Source: a virus. From it: a DNA stretch of 64,000 nt. The notes below the pieces were generated by a model. The model was not told the DNA's origin. It saw nothing but the letters and a program-made list of their open reading frames with translations, and did no database searches. Shown one piece after another: positions 1 to 9,445 of this stretch. The stretch is from IMG/VR virus record IMGVR_UViG_3300049491_000350, positions 1 through 64,000 of that record. One strand, given 5' to 3'. Positions within the stretch are counted from its first letter, which is position 1. Each line of letters starts with the position of its first letter. Made by a program: the position numbers and the translations under genes.

Positions 1-110
1 GATTGCCCGGAACGATTGCCGGGGAACTGCTGCTGCTGGCAGGCTGCTGCCTGCCTGCTGCTGATGCTACTGGCTACGCTGGCTGCTGCTATGCTGGCTG
101 CTCTGCACTC
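1..110. repeat. Low-complexity GCT/CTG-rich tract
   Basis: Runs of GCTGCTG/CTGGCT and duplicated GATTGCC(C/G)GG at the window edge; overlapping ORFs are Ala/Cys/Leu artefacts. Confidence 0.5.
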
Positions 111-234
111 CTTTTGTTTGATAAGGTATCTTCCCTTCCATTATCAACCAGAAAGAAAATCAGGAGAGCTACTATTCCCTTATTTTATTTATTTTAATTA
201 TTTCTTTTCCTTTATGCCTCCTGTGCATAGGTTT

Positions 235-362
235 TGCATAGCACCTGCATAAGAAACAAAAATCATTGATAATCAATACCAACTTATGCAGGTGCATAGC
301 ATCTGAATAATTATGCAAGTGCATAGCGTTTGTATATATGCAGGTGCATAGCATCTGAATAA
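235..362. repeat. Direct and inverted repeats; candidate replication origin or operator array
   Basis: TATGCAGGTGCATAGCATCTGAATAA at 285-310 and 337-362, partial copy at 312-327, inverted GCACCTGCATAAG at 241-253; followed by AT-rich 363-440 and the replication genes. Confidence 0.6.
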
Positions 363-440
363 AGTGTTAATAATAGATTAAAATAAATTCTTTGAATTAA
401 AATAAACCAATTACTTTGCGTAAAATTATTACACCTAATC

Positions 441-644
441 ATGGCCAAGAAATCAAGCAACTACTCCCGGAGTATCTCACAGCCAACTGAACTGTGGGAT
501 TTGATTGACCGCTATTGCAGCGAAAATTTTACAACTCCTTCTCATTTTGTACAGAAGCTGTCTAACCAGTTCTTTAAAGACAACCCGTTCCCAGAGAACG
601 AGGAAAAAAAAGTACAGAATCCAATTGAAGAATTTGTAAAATAA
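441..644 (+). CDS. Ribbon-helix-helix DNA-binding protein (putative)
   Basis: 67 aa; strand RSISQP followed by helices TELWDLIDRYCSE and PSHFVQKLSNQFF, an Arc/CopG-like pattern; first gene of the replication operon. Confidence 0.55.
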   Translation: MAKKSSNYSRSISQPTELWDLIDRYCSENFTTPSHFVQKLSNQFFKDNPFPENEEKKVQNPIEEFVK

Positions 645-650
645 TAACGA

Positions 651-1796
651 ATGCTTACTAAAGAGACCCCATATTTCTCACATGACGCTAATGCCAGCCA
701 TGACCCTAAAATAGTCAGGGCAGAAAATAATTTTGGCGACATAGCGTACTGTTGGTTTTTCAAAACGCTGGAGCTTCTGCGGCAGGAAAGAAACTTAAAA
801 CTTTTACTTTCAGATATAGATATACTATACCCGAAAGTTAAATGCCCATCAGCCCAGATGTACTCCGCATTTATAAAAACATCAAACCTTTTTGATTTCA
901 ACGAAACCCACTTTTGGAGCAATAGCCTTATCGCAAGGGTAGGAAACGCTTTACTTTCATCATCAAAGAAAAGTAAAGCAGCCAATATGAGATGGGGCAA
1001 GTTTTATCTGGATAATGGAAACAATGAAAAAGCAATGGCATATTTTAGCCTTGCAGAAATATCCGATTCAAAACAACCAGACGTTCCTGCGCTACCACCA
1101 GCAAATCATAACCCACAGCAAAACAACGAAACAATATCGCCAGCGATTATCATATCAGAAAAACCCAAGACAGTACATGATATTATTTTACCTCTTGTTC
1201 CATTCCAGCTAACTCATAACGCAGAGCTATCTTGGAAAGCCTGCCTGTTCATGTGCAACAAATCATACGAAGAAATAAAAGCAATTCATGGAGAGTATGT
1301 TTCAGAAGAAATTTTTGAGAGCTACAAAAGATTTAATTCTATCATAGACAACCCAAACAATGAGCCAGACCTTAGACCCCTACGAATCTCAAACTTTCAA
1401 GTTGACCTTCAATCATTCGTAAAGCTATGCAAGCCATACGCAGATAGAGCTATCATTATAAGGGGAATGATTAAGATGCTGGGGTCTGGATTGAAGCCAG
1501 AGCATGTACTGTCTTTAAGGATACCTCAATTCATTGGATATATACTGGACGAAGGAAAAGAAAAGGGCAGCACTTCAACAGCAGGAAAATCGCAGCCAGA
1601 CAACGCAGCACCAGTATTAAAGGATGGATATTATTGGGCAAACAATAAAAAAATAATGACCATCAATATAGAAGATATGGAACAGTGCAGACAGTTAATA
1701 AAAATAAAGCACGACTTAGATTTATCTGATGAGGAAATAATCATGCAGCGCACAGCAAAAGGAGACCAGAATTTTACGTGGTGGCTTGAGCTATAA
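651..1796 (+). CDS. Phage replication initiator, DUF4373/Lin1244-like N-terminal domain
   Basis: YFSHDANASHDPKI...YCWFFKTLELL...FWSNSL..R...KAANMRW pattern; directly upstream of DnaB. Confidence 0.75.
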   Translation: MLTKETPYFSHDANASHDPKIVRAENNFGDIAYCWFFKTLELLRQERNLKLLLSDIDILYPKVKCPSAQMYSAFIKTSNLFDFNETHFWSNSLIARVGNALLSSSKKSKAANMRWGKFYLDNGNNEKAMAYFSLAEISDSKQPDVPALPPANHNPQQNNETISPAIIISEKPKTVHDIILPLVPFQLTHNAELSWKACLFMCNKSYEEIKAIHGEYVSEEIFESYKRFNSIIDNPNNEPDLRPLRISNFQVDLQSFVKLCKPYADRAIIIRGMIKMLGSGLKPEHVLSLRIPQFIGYILDEGKEKGSTSTAGKSQPDNAAPVLKDGYYWANNKKIMTINIEDMEQCRQLIKIKHDLDLSDEEIIMQRTAKGDQNFTWWLEL

Positions 1797-1839
1797 AATA
1801 TTTTACAATTGTTTTTTCAGAATAACCTAATCAAGTCCA

Positions 1840-3348
1840 ATGGCAAAAAAAGTATCAGAAACAGAAGGAAAAATAATGCCGCACTCTTACGAGATGGAAA
1901 GGAACGTATTGGGTGCGCTAATGGTTGATACTAAAACAATCAGCAGGGTAGCTGATATAATTTCAATTGATACATTTTACAACCCAGCACACCAGTTAAT
2001 ATACAAAGCAATATTCAATATATTTAAGAAGGGAGGTAAAATTGATTACCTTCTTGTATCCGATGAATTAAAAAAGATTAACAAACTTGAGGACGCAGGC
2101 GGAGAGGATTATATCAGGCAACTTACAGATGTAGCATCTATATCAAACTATTATTCATACGCACAGAAAATCGAGGAGAAGGCGATAGGTAGAAGGATTA
2201 TTGAACATTGCCATGCAGCCATTGCGTCTATATATGAAGGTGAGCAAGATGTAACGGCTGTGGCGCATGACCTAAATGACAACGTTTTCAAATCTCAAAT
2301 ATCATTAACAGCACAGAAGATAATTACACCAGATTATGTAGGCGACCTTTTGATTGACGAGATGATGTTTGGCATGACACATGAAGGCCTTGTGGGTGTG
2401 CCATGTGGAGTTAAACCAATTGATGATAAGACTGGCGGATGGCAGAACCAGCATGTAATAACTATTGGCGCACGTACCCGTCATGGTAAGTCTGCTATCG
2501 CAGCAGGGTATATGTACAATTCAGCTTTGATAAAGAACCCAGAGTACGGTAAAAGTCCAAATGAGAAGTGGAGTTTGTACCCTTCTGCATTCATGTCAAT
2601 GGAGATGCGTAATACAGAGGTGTTCTCAAGGCTGGTATCAATGGAAATCAAAAGAGTATTTAAGAGAAATGTTTCTTATAGTGCCATCTCAAAGGGAAAA
2701 CTTTCAGAGGAAGATGCAGACTTGGTAATCAAAGCTGTAAGGCAGCTTGCCCAAAGGGGTATATACATTGACGATAGCCCTGCGTTAACAACAAGTATCA
2801 TCAAGGCTAAGGTTATGAAAATGATAAATGAATATGGCATCAAGCAGGTATTCATTGATTACGTCCAGCTTGTTACAGAGGACAGGCAGACAAAGGAAAA
2901 CAGGGCGCAGCAAATATCTGGATGGTACACTGACTTTAAGAACCAAGCAAAACTGTTTAATATCCCTTACATTATCCTTTCCCAGATTGACAGGCAAACA
3001 GAGAAAGGCGGCACACCCAGACCACCTGCGCTTGCAGACCTTAAAGATTCTGGCGGCATCGAAGAAAAGTCAGACGTTGTTATGTTGCTATATAGGGCAG
3101 AGGTCAATGAGCATGAGCCAACAGATGAACATGGCAGGAGCTTGAAGGGAACAATAAATGTAAACATTGCGAAGCATAAGCAGGGCGGCACAGGAGAGTT
3201 TGTATTGCCATTCGATGTAGCAACAAACTCCTTTGGAGACTTTGAAGATGAACGGCCTTTTGTAAACCCCGTTGCGACCAGACCCAGCTTTAGCATAGGG
3301 CATTCCATTAACAACAACAGCTTAGGCTCTGACGACCAGCCATTTTAA
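1840..3348 (+). CDS. dnaB: Replicative DNA helicase
   Basis: PHSYEMERNVLGAL N-domain, Walker A GARTRHGKS, SMEM, FIDYVQL, LSQIDR, DLKDSGGIEEKSDVVMLLYR. Confidence 0.95.
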   Translation: MAKKVSETEGKIMPHSYEMERNVLGALMVDTKTISRVADIISIDTFYNPAHQLIYKAIFNIFKKGGKIDYLLVSDELKKINKLEDAGGEDYIRQLTDVASISNYYSYAQKIEEKAIGRRIIEHCHAAIASIYEGEQDVTAVAHDLNDNVFKSQISLTAQKIITPDYVGDLLIDEMMFGMTHEGLVGVPCGVKPIDDKTGGWQNQHVITIGARTRHGKSAIAAGYMYNSALIKNPEYGKSPNEKWSLYPSAFMSMEMRNTEVFSRLVSMEIKRVFKRNVSYSAISKGKLSEEDADLVIKAVRQLAQRGIYIDDSPALTTSIIKAKVMKMINEYGIKQVFIDYVQLVTEDRQTKENRAQQISGWYTDFKNQAKLFNIPYIILSQIDRQTEKGGTPRPPALADLKDSGGIEEKSDVVMLLYRAEVNEHEPTDEHGRSLKGTINVNIAKHKQGGTGEFVLPFDVATNSFGDFEDERPFVNPVATRPSFSIGHSINNNSLGSDDQPF

Positions 3349-3377
3349 ATAAAAATATTTTTTAAATATTTTTGAAG

Positions 3378-3385
3378 TATATTTG
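3378..3385 (+). promoter_or_regulatory. Bacteroidota-type -7 promoter element
   Basis: TATATTTG matches TAnnTTTG and is intergenic; no canonically spaced -33 element. Confidence 0.4.
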
Positions 3386-3389
3386 AATC

Positions 3390-3833
3390 TTGAATCTCAA
3401 TCAACTATATACACGAAAAAGCAGAGAGTATATTCTCACTCATCCTGTATGCGAAGCAAGGATATGTTGTAGGGGCGCAGCTTCCATAGAGGTTCATCAT
3501 AAGTCTGGTAGAACAGGCATCAATCTTGTCAGGCATTTCCTTGCAGTATGCAGGGGATGCCATGACTGGATTGGAAAGTATGTTACAGATGCGATAAGGC
3601 TTGGCTTTTCCTTTAAAAGGAATTTACAAATACCACTGGAACGTGTATTTGTTTTTACATTAAAATCAACATTCTCATATCAGGATAATAAGATAGGGCA
3701 TCAGGCCGATATGATTGACGTAATATCCTTAACATACGACCTCGCCTTACTTGACGCATGTAATGAATTTAAACGCAAGCATTCAAAATTCACTCATGTA
3801 TATTTTGAGGTTATAAAATACGAAATATTATAA
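3390..3833 (+). CDS. HNH endonuclease
   Basis: CEARICC...EVHH...LAVCRGCHDWI; TTG start. Confidence 0.75.
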   Translation: MNLNQLYTRKSREYILTHPVCEARICCRGAASIEVHHKSGRTGINLVRHFLAVCRGCHDWIGKYVTDAIRLGFSFKRNLQIPLERVFVFTLKSTFSYQDNKIGHQADMIDVISLTYDLALLDACNEFKRKHSKFTHVYFEVIKYEIL

Positions 3834-3835
3834 AC

Positions 3836-4120
3836 ATGCAAATAGAAATAAAAAACCTTCTCGATTTAAAAACTGTGTTAAATACCCTTACAGAAAAACA
3901 GTTAGTGCAGCCAGTCAGAATATGTGAAACAGATGTACCCATAAAAAGTATAGGCACTATTGATATACTTGAGGAAGATTACATCAACCCATCGGGAGAG
4001 TGCGCTGAAAAACTTTCAAGCTACCAGCCCGGAGGTGAGCATTATAACGAGGAAGATGATTACAGCGATGAGCCTATTGTTGCTACTGTTGGAGATGTGT
4101 TTCTTTTCATTTTAGAATAA
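3836..4120 (+). CDS. Hypothetical protein
   Basis: 94 aa ORF tightly packed in the operon. Confidence 0.65.
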   Translation: MQIEIKNLLDLKTVLNTLTEKQLVQPVRICETDVPIKSIGTIDILEEDYINPSGECAEKLSSYQPGGEHYNEEDDYSDEPIVATVGDVFLFILE

Positions 4121-4158
4121 TTATAAAATATTTTACAATCACAAAAAAAACAAAATGT

Positions 4159-4527
4159 ATGGAACTGAATTTAAAAAACTTTAGTGAACTAAATCGCCAA
4201 AGGGCAGAGGAAGGATTTAAAACTTACAAGAACGTACCAATAACATATTGGACAACTGCGCTCATGGGAGAAGGCGGAGAGTTGTGTAATATGGTTAAAA
4301 AAATGGAGCGTGTATCTCATGGTGGAATTGATGGCGGCAGTTCATATACTGCATCTGAAATAACTAAAGATATGCTGGAAGAAGAAATTGGTGGCATAGG
4401 CATCTATCTTGATTTGCTTGCAGGATTGTTGGGCATCTCTTTAGAGGAGGCTATAATAAAAACATTCAACAGTAAATCTGAAAAATATGGCTTCAAACAA
4501 TTCCTGCCGACTGTTCCAGAGTTATAA
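4159..4527 (+). CDS. MazG-like nucleotide pyrophosphohydrolase
   Basis: ALMGEGGELCNMVKK...LEEEIG...YLDLLA...LEEAIIKTFN. Confidence 0.8.
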   Translation: MELNLKNFSELNRQRAEEGFKTYKNVPITYWTTALMGEGGELCNMVKKMERVSHGGIDGGSSYTASEITKDMLEEEIGGIGIYLDLLAGLLGISLEEAIIKTFNSKSEKYGFKQFLPTVPEL

Positions 4528-4657
4528 GTATATAAAGCGAACTGAATTTTGGGAGGCATTTATTATAGTCTCCTTCTGCAAAGCATTAGGGTTTCCGTTA
4601 TATAGTTACGCATGGTGGAAATCACGATTGGCACTAATAAAAAAAGGGGAGATATGA
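4487..4657 (+). CDS. Small hypothetical protein (56 aa, not in ORF track)
   Basis: MASNNSCRL...KKGEI; its TGA overlaps the next ATG (ATGA) and fills an otherwise empty gap. Confidence 0.4.
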   Translation: MASNNSCRLFQSYKYIKRTEFWEAFIIVSFCKALGFPLYSYAWWKSRLALIKKGEI

Positions 4658-5313
4658 AAAATAAAAAAACAAAACAGCTTGTAAGAACGTTCAGTAGAGT
4701 TTACCCGAAGCGTCATAGGCGTGAAGGTGAGCGTACATTCTTTATTGAGAAGATACTGGCTGGTAAACACCCCGGTAACGATTTCTTTCCTTGCCATTGC
4801 GATTACTGCGGCGGACTATTCATGTCCTGCCTATCAACCAACTTTGACCCGGCTCTGCCACTGGATAAATACCAGACACAAGACTATCAGGTTATATGCC
4901 CGTTCTGCTGGGGAGATTGTATCAGCAGGGCGGATATTGATACGCTTGACTTCTATTCAAATAACATTGTGCCAAAACACCACACTATACGTGATGGTGA
5001 GCATTTGAGTAAAGGTGATATAATTATACCAAGAGCATGGAGCGCAAAGCCATACGCAAGCAAACAGTTACATATAGACGATTCGATTATCGTTACGAGT
5101 ACACATAAGTTTGAAATGAATTTAATATCAAGGCCAAACTATAAGATTGATGGCAAATCAATTTCAAATCGCACTCTTGATGAGGTTGTAAAAAATGACG
5201 GGCTGGATTCAGTTGACGATTTTGAAAATTGGTTTTGCTGTGGCCAACCATTATGGCGAATGGGGTTTTTTACCGGGCAAATTATTTGCTGGAATAAAGA
5301 AATAAAATATTAA
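4654..5313 (+). CDS. ASCH/PUA-like protein with Zn-finger insertion
   Basis: KHHTIR...WSAKPYASKQ...KNDGL..F..WF pattern; CxxC pairs CDYC and CPFC; start moved to ATG 4654. Confidence 0.5.
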   Translation: MKNKKTKQLVRTFSRVYPKRHRREGERTFFIEKILAGKHPGNDFFPCHCDYCGGLFMSCLSTNFDPALPLDKYQTQDYQVICPFCWGDCISRADIDTLDFYSNNIVPKHHTIRDGEHLSKGDIIIPRAWSAKPYASKQLHIDDSIIVTSTHKFEMNLISRPNYKIDGKSISNRTLDEVVKNDGLDSVDDFENWFCCGQPLWRMGFFTGQIICWNKEIKY

Positions 5314-5328
5314 TCAAAACACTTTAGT

Positions 5329-5652
5329 ATGAAAAAAGCATTATCAGTAACAGTTATAATTATTGTTATATTGTTTGCAGCCTGCAAAAAGAAAAACAAT
5401 TACAATATCCATGTAGTTGAGCGCAACAATCAGTACGCTGTATATGACAGCAATCTGCATGAGTTTATCTACAAGCCATACAAGGCAGAGGTGATTGTTG
5501 ACGGAGAGCCTATCACGTTCTATTGGATTACAGATACATGGGGTTATGGGTATTGGCAACCGCACAAATTTGTAGGGTACTCGACAATTGATTCCGCAGA
5601 ATCCGCAGCAGAAGCGTGGAGAGGTTACGGTTATACATCATCTTCAAAATAA
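5329..5652 (+). CDS. Putative lipoprotein
   Basis: MKK, hydrophobic stretch, lipobox FAAC followed by KKK. Confidence 0.65.
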   Translation: MKKALSVTVIIIVILFAACKKKNNYNIHVVERNNQYAVYDSNLHEFIYKPYKAEVIVDGEPITFYWITDTWGYGYWQPHKFVGYSTIDSAESAAEAWRGYGYTSSSK

Positions 5653-5662
5653 AATATTAAAT

Positions 5663-6214
5663 ATGGTAGTAGTAACAAATTTATCTGAAAGGCACAAAGT
5701 AGTTCCTGCGCTCTGTTTAGACTTTGATGGAACGATACGGAGAAGCAAAAGCAACCAAACGTTCATACAAAACTTTAAAGACATAGAGCTTATACCGGGG
5801 GTTGAAAATCTTATATGGAAGTACAGGGATGCAGGGTGGCTCATATTGGGAATATCAAATCAAGCAGGTGTAGCTCATGGCTTCAAGTTGCCAATGGAAA
5901 TAGAAAATGAAATGGATTTTACGTTTAAACTTTTCAAACAGAATCCGTTTCATATTGTAAAGTTTTGCTACCATGATGGCAAAGGCAAGATAGCTCCATA
6001 TAATCACAGGTCTCTATTGCGTAAGCCAGATATAGGTATGCTTGCATTGATGGAATCAGAGGCTTTCAGTTATGGGTACGTGATAGATTGGGATAAGAGT
6101 TTATTTGTGGGAGACCGACCAGAAGATGAGCAGTGTGCTAAAAATGCAGGTGTAAACTTTAGGCATATAGACAGCTTTCTTTCAGAGCCGCATGTATTCA
6201 TAATAAATCAATAA
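5663..6214 (+). CDS. HAD-IIIA family phosphatase (GmhB/HisB-N/PNK-phosphatase-like)
   Basis: LDFDGT, SNQAG, RKPDIGM and VGDRPED motifs; start at ATG 5663. Confidence 0.85.
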   Translation: MVVVTNLSERHKVVPALCLDFDGTIRRSKSNQTFIQNFKDIELIPGVENLIWKYRDAGWLILGISNQAGVAHGFKLPMEIENEMDFTFKLFKQNPFHIVKFCYHDGKGKIAPYNHRSLLRKPDIGMLALMESEAFSYGYVIDWDKSLFVGDRPEDEQCAKNAGVNFRHIDSFLSEPHVFIINQ

Positions 6215-6221
6215 CAATAAA

Positions 6222-7049
6222 ATGGGAGAGAACTCAAAAATAGAATGGTGTCATCATACTGACAATATCTGGGAAGGGTGCGACAAGGTACATGATGGAT
6301 GCACCAATTGTTATGCAGAAGCCAGAGCAATCAGATTCAAGTTTGATATATGGGGCGCAGACAAGCCGAGGAAGTTGATTAAAACAGGATTCACCAATCT
6401 GGCCAGACTTCAAAAAAAGGCAAGCGAACTTAATGAGATGCACCGGGTTTTTATAAATTCATTGAGTGATGTTTTTGAAAAGCCAAAGCCTTTGATTAGT
6501 TCAAGCAATGAACCGCTTGGCGTAAATACTGGCATACTAAGAGGGGAGTTATTTTCAAACATATCAATGGGCATGTACCCGAACCTCATGTTCCTGCTGC
6601 TAACAAAGCGTCCATCAAACATCTCTAAGTATATCCCGGAGAAATGGCTGGAAACTCCGCCAGCCAATGTAATGTTTGGTACATCTCCCTGCGACCAGAA
6701 AACATTCGATACCCTATGGTGGCAACTTGCCAGAGTGAACGGCAAGCGATTCCTTAGCATAGAGCCGCAGCTTGCGGAGATAATACTAAAAGCGTACTGC
6801 CCTTCCTGTGAGAAACTACTGGCAGGGTCTATGAGCCATCGTTGCGGCACATGCCATTCTGAAACTATCAGGCCAGACTGGATTATCAATGGCGGCGAAA
6901 GCGGAAAGAATAAAAGGCCGTTTGATTTATCGTGGGCATACACGTTACGTGATGCCTGCAAGACGCACAGCGTTCCGTTCTTCTTTAAACAGATTGACAA
7001 AGTGCAGGCGATACCTGATGATTTATTGATTCGTGAATTTTATAAATAA
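6222..7049 (+). CDS. DUF5131 (phage Gp37/Gp68) family protein
   Basis: SKIEWCHHT..NIWEGCDKVHDGCTNCYA, RVFINSLSDVF, LLLTKRP, RFLSIEP, DWIINGGESG, VPFFFKQ. Confidence 0.9.
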   Translation: MGENSKIEWCHHTDNIWEGCDKVHDGCTNCYAEARAIRFKFDIWGADKPRKLIKTGFTNLARLQKKASELNEMHRVFINSLSDVFEKPKPLISSSNEPLGVNTGILRGELFSNISMGMYPNLMFLLLTKRPSNISKYIPEKWLETPPANVMFGTSPCDQKTFDTLWWQLARVNGKRFLSIEPQLAEIILKAYCPSCEKLLAGSMSHRCGTCHSETIRPDWIINGGESGKNKRPFDLSWAYTLRDACKTHSVPFFFKQIDKVQAIPDDLLIREFYK

Positions 7050-7061
7050 AATATTTTAACA

Positions 7062-7544
7062 ATGAAAAAACTTACAGCAATCGTTACACTACTTACGTTT
7101 TTATTTTGCCAGTGCAAACAACAAACAGTTCAGGAATACATGCAGGAAAATGGTGTTCAAATTGGAGACAGGTGGCAAGGCCAAGATTATTCTCAATGGG
7201 ATGGGTTCACCCCTTATTATTTGACAGTAATTGATTTGCATGACACAACTGTTGTGTTCCAGATTCATGGGTGGCATGGAGGTATCAGGGAGGAAGGTGT
7301 ATGGTGGTTTAAGCGTGGCATCAAAAAGATACCAGACATTGATAGTATAGAAATTGGCAGAAGATACCGGGGCTTCCCTAATGCTGGGGATGCTGTTCAG
7401 GTTGACAGCATCAAGTTTGATGGCATTGATAGCATAGCCTATGTACATGACCTTAGATTCGACAACCCGGCATTGCAAGAAATGTTTAAACATGATTACA
7501 GTTTCCTTGATTTAAGGCGCAACTTTTTTTTGATAACAGAATAA
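7062..7544 (+). CDS. Putative lipoprotein/exported protein
   Basis: MKKLTAIVTLLTFLFCQCKQ leader. Confidence 0.55.
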   Translation: MKKLTAIVTLLTFLFCQCKQQTVQEYMQENGVQIGDRWQGQDYSQWDGFTPYYLTVIDLHDTTVVFQIHGWHGGIREEGVWWFKRGIKKIPDIDSIEIGRRYRGFPNAGDAVQVDSIKFDGIDSIAYVHDLRFDNPALQEMFKHDYSFLDLRRNFFLITE

Positions 7545-7556
7545 CCAACCTTTACA

Positions 7557-7838
7557 ATGGACTATAAAGTAATTTTCGACCACAAACTATTTTCTTCCAC
7601 TGTCTCAATGAAGCGTCTTGGAATGAAGCTAACCAAGAAAAAATTAGCAGAGGTAACAGGCATCAGCGTTTATCATATCACATCGCTTGAAGATGGCAAG
7701 CCAGACATCGTAATTGATTTTGTCGCCTTCGCATCCCTGTGTGTTTTCCTTGATATATCTATGGACAGGTATTTTACAAAACAGATTGATACTGGCTGTG
7801 GCAGTTTCAAGATTAAAAGGAAGCACACAAATGGATAA
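7557..7838 (+). CDS. XRE-family helix-turn-helix regulator
   Basis: LTKKKLAEVTGISVYHITSLEDGK. Confidence 0.75.
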   Translation: MDYKVIFDHKLFSSTVSMKRLGMKLTKKKLAEVTGISVYHITSLEDGKPDIVIDFVAFASLCVFLDISMDRYFTKQIDTGCGSFKIKRKHTNG

Positions 7839-8040
7839 CATCGAAGCATACCCATGTGGCACAAGTGTTGAAATAAAAATATTAAAGATGGAGGCAATGA
7901 TAACATGCGTGGCTATCCGCTTTGATAAAGTCAACTATGAGTTGTCTTATTTTTCAAATGGAGAGGAGAGGCTTATATGGCTTAACGAAAAACAGTTTAC
8001 AACACAATCAAACAAAGAGGTTATCGGGTTCAGGAAATAA
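7831..8040 (+). CDS. Hypothetical protein
   Basis: Start at ATG 7831 (MDNIEAYPCG...IGFRK), overlapping the upstream stop. Confidence 0.6.
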   Translation: MDNIEAYPCGTSVEIKILKMEAMITCVAIRFDKVNYELSYFSNGEERLIWLNEKQFTTQSNKEVIGFRK

Positions 8041-8067
8041 TTTTTACTAACTATAAACACAATCATT

Positions 8068-8355
8068 ATGTTTCATCTGTTCATTCACACCAAAGGAAAA
8101 TTAAAAGGCAAATATGATTTTGCTTTTATCGAAGGCTCAAAGTACATCTGCGGCAGCAGGCAGGGCTATGAGAATTTTTATGATGCCATGAAAGAGATTT
8201 ACAGGATTGGCACATCGTTCTTTCAGTTCAACCCTACCTTTCAGGACGACACTGAATTTACATCTGTTGTAAAGATGATGAAGAAGCCTGCTGGCAAAGG
8301 AAGGATTACAACTGTCGTATTAAACACTACCCCTAAAAAAGCGTATGCTGCATAA
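8068..8355 (+). CDS. Hypothetical protein, weak YegP/DUF1508-like pattern
   Basis: F.LF...KGKYDFAF....ICGSRQGYEN..DA...I. Confidence 0.45.
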   Translation: MFHLFIHTKGKLKGKYDFAFIEGSKYICGSRQGYENFYDAMKEIYRIGTSFFQFNPTFQDDTEFTSVVKMMKKPAGKGRITTVVLNTTPKKAYAA

Positions 8356-8673
8356 ATGGGGGAGCTTGTCAAAATATATGACAGGGTAAAAGAACTACTT
8401 GAGCAATATCCTTTTTACAGGGATAACGATAACGCTCTGGTATGCAGGATATGGACTATTGAGCTTGGCGGAGATGCGGTCATCAAACAGATGACCGCAT
8501 TTGATTTTATGGCAGAGTATGCTAAGGACAAATTGACTTCATCTGAATCTATATACAGGGCTAAAAGAAAGGTGATGGAGAACCATGAGGAACTGCGTGG
8601 CAAGTCGTATAGGCGCAGGCACGACCTTGAGGACGGTGCTATTGACGACATCATTGACCTAAACAATAAATAA
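8356..8673 (+). CDS. Hypothetical phage protein
   Basis: 105 aa; RDND..L...IW and ESIYRAKRK...LRG pattern. Confidence 0.65.
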   Translation: MGELVKIYDRVKELLEQYPFYRDNDNALVCRIWTIELGGDAVIKQMTAFDFMAEYAKDKLTSSESIYRAKRKVMENHEELRGKSYRRRHDLEDGAIDDIIDLNNK

Positions 8674-8704
8674 TAAGAAATATTTTTTTTTGAAATATTT
8701 TTAT

Positions 8705-8713
8705 TACATTTGC
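8705..8713 (+). promoter_or_regulatory. Bacteroidota-type -7 promoter element
   Basis: TACATTTGC, intergenic, 22 nt upstream of ATG 8735. Confidence 0.5.
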
Positions 8714-8734
8714 TGAAACTTAAAATGAAAACAC

Positions 8735-8926
8735 ATGGGCGCAATAGTATTTACGCAATCAATTGACGAAGCAGGAGCAGGCGAATTTGAAAGACTATAC
8801 GAGCAGATTTGCAAGTATGCAAACAAGAAGGGTTTAAAGAAACCAAAGAAGGGAGAGTTGCTGGTCTGGATAATAAAGCAGGCTGGGAAAGAATTTAACC
8901 CAGAGGGTTACTTTGCTGGCAAATAA
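8735..8926 (+). CDS. Small basic hypothetical protein (possible DNA-binding)
   Basis: 63 aa directly after a promoter-like element. Confidence 0.55.
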   Translation: MGAIVFTQSIDEAGAGEFERLYEQICKYANKKGLKKPKKGELLVWIIKQAGKEFNPEGYFAGK

Positions 8927-8950
8927 TCAAAACAAACAAACAATATATAT

Positions 8951-9445
8951 ATGAACAAAGGTACATTGATTGCTGGTCAGTGGTTCACCTTAACGGTGGC
9001 TGCAATAGAGCAAAATGCTGACAGCTTTAACAAATCTTCTGGCGGAACTTCGCACTGCCATTACTTCACACTTAAAGACGAAGAAGGCGGCGAATACGAC
9101 TGCCAGATATGCAACGATTTCATTGAGCAAAACTATTGTAAGGTTGGAGATGTGGTTAGGGTCAAGGTAAAAATATTTGCCAAAGGCAGGCACACCCTTG
9201 AAAGTATCACAGTTGCAGTAGCTGCAAATAGCACCGGGGCGCAACAGCCTGCTCCTGCATCCACTGGCAAGTCATCTCCTGTAAGCAACCCCAACGTTGC
9301 TGGCAAGGCTTCGTCTATTGCATTAAGCCTTGCCGTTACCTACCACCAGAACAGGCCAGCAGCAGGAACATCAGAGCCATCAGATTCCATTATAACGATG
9401 GCTAACAAGTTCTTTAAGTTTTTAACTGAAAAAGAAGTCGCATGA
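8951..9445 (+). CDS. Possible OB-fold ssDNA-binding protein
   Basis: Beta-rich N-domain (KVGDVVRVKV), low-complexity linker, C-terminal helix. Confidence 0.4.
   Translation: MNKGTLIAGQWFTLTVAAIEQNADSFNKSSGGTSHCHYFTLKDEEGGEYDCQICNDFIEQNYCKVGDVVRVKVKIFAKGRHTLESITVAVAANSTGAQQPAPASTGKSSPVSNPNVAGKASSIALSLAVTYHQNRPAAGTSEPSDSIITMANKFFKFLTEKEVA

Noticed and set aside
3-354. ORFs 3-197, 16-252 and 172-354 as genes
   Set aside because: Products mirror low-complexity and repeat DNA with no protein-like features
5663-6214. Calling the HAD phosphatase gmhB (heptose/LPS pathway)
   Set aside because: Motifs are shared across HAD-IIIA enzymes and no other heptose genes are present; substrate cannot be assigned
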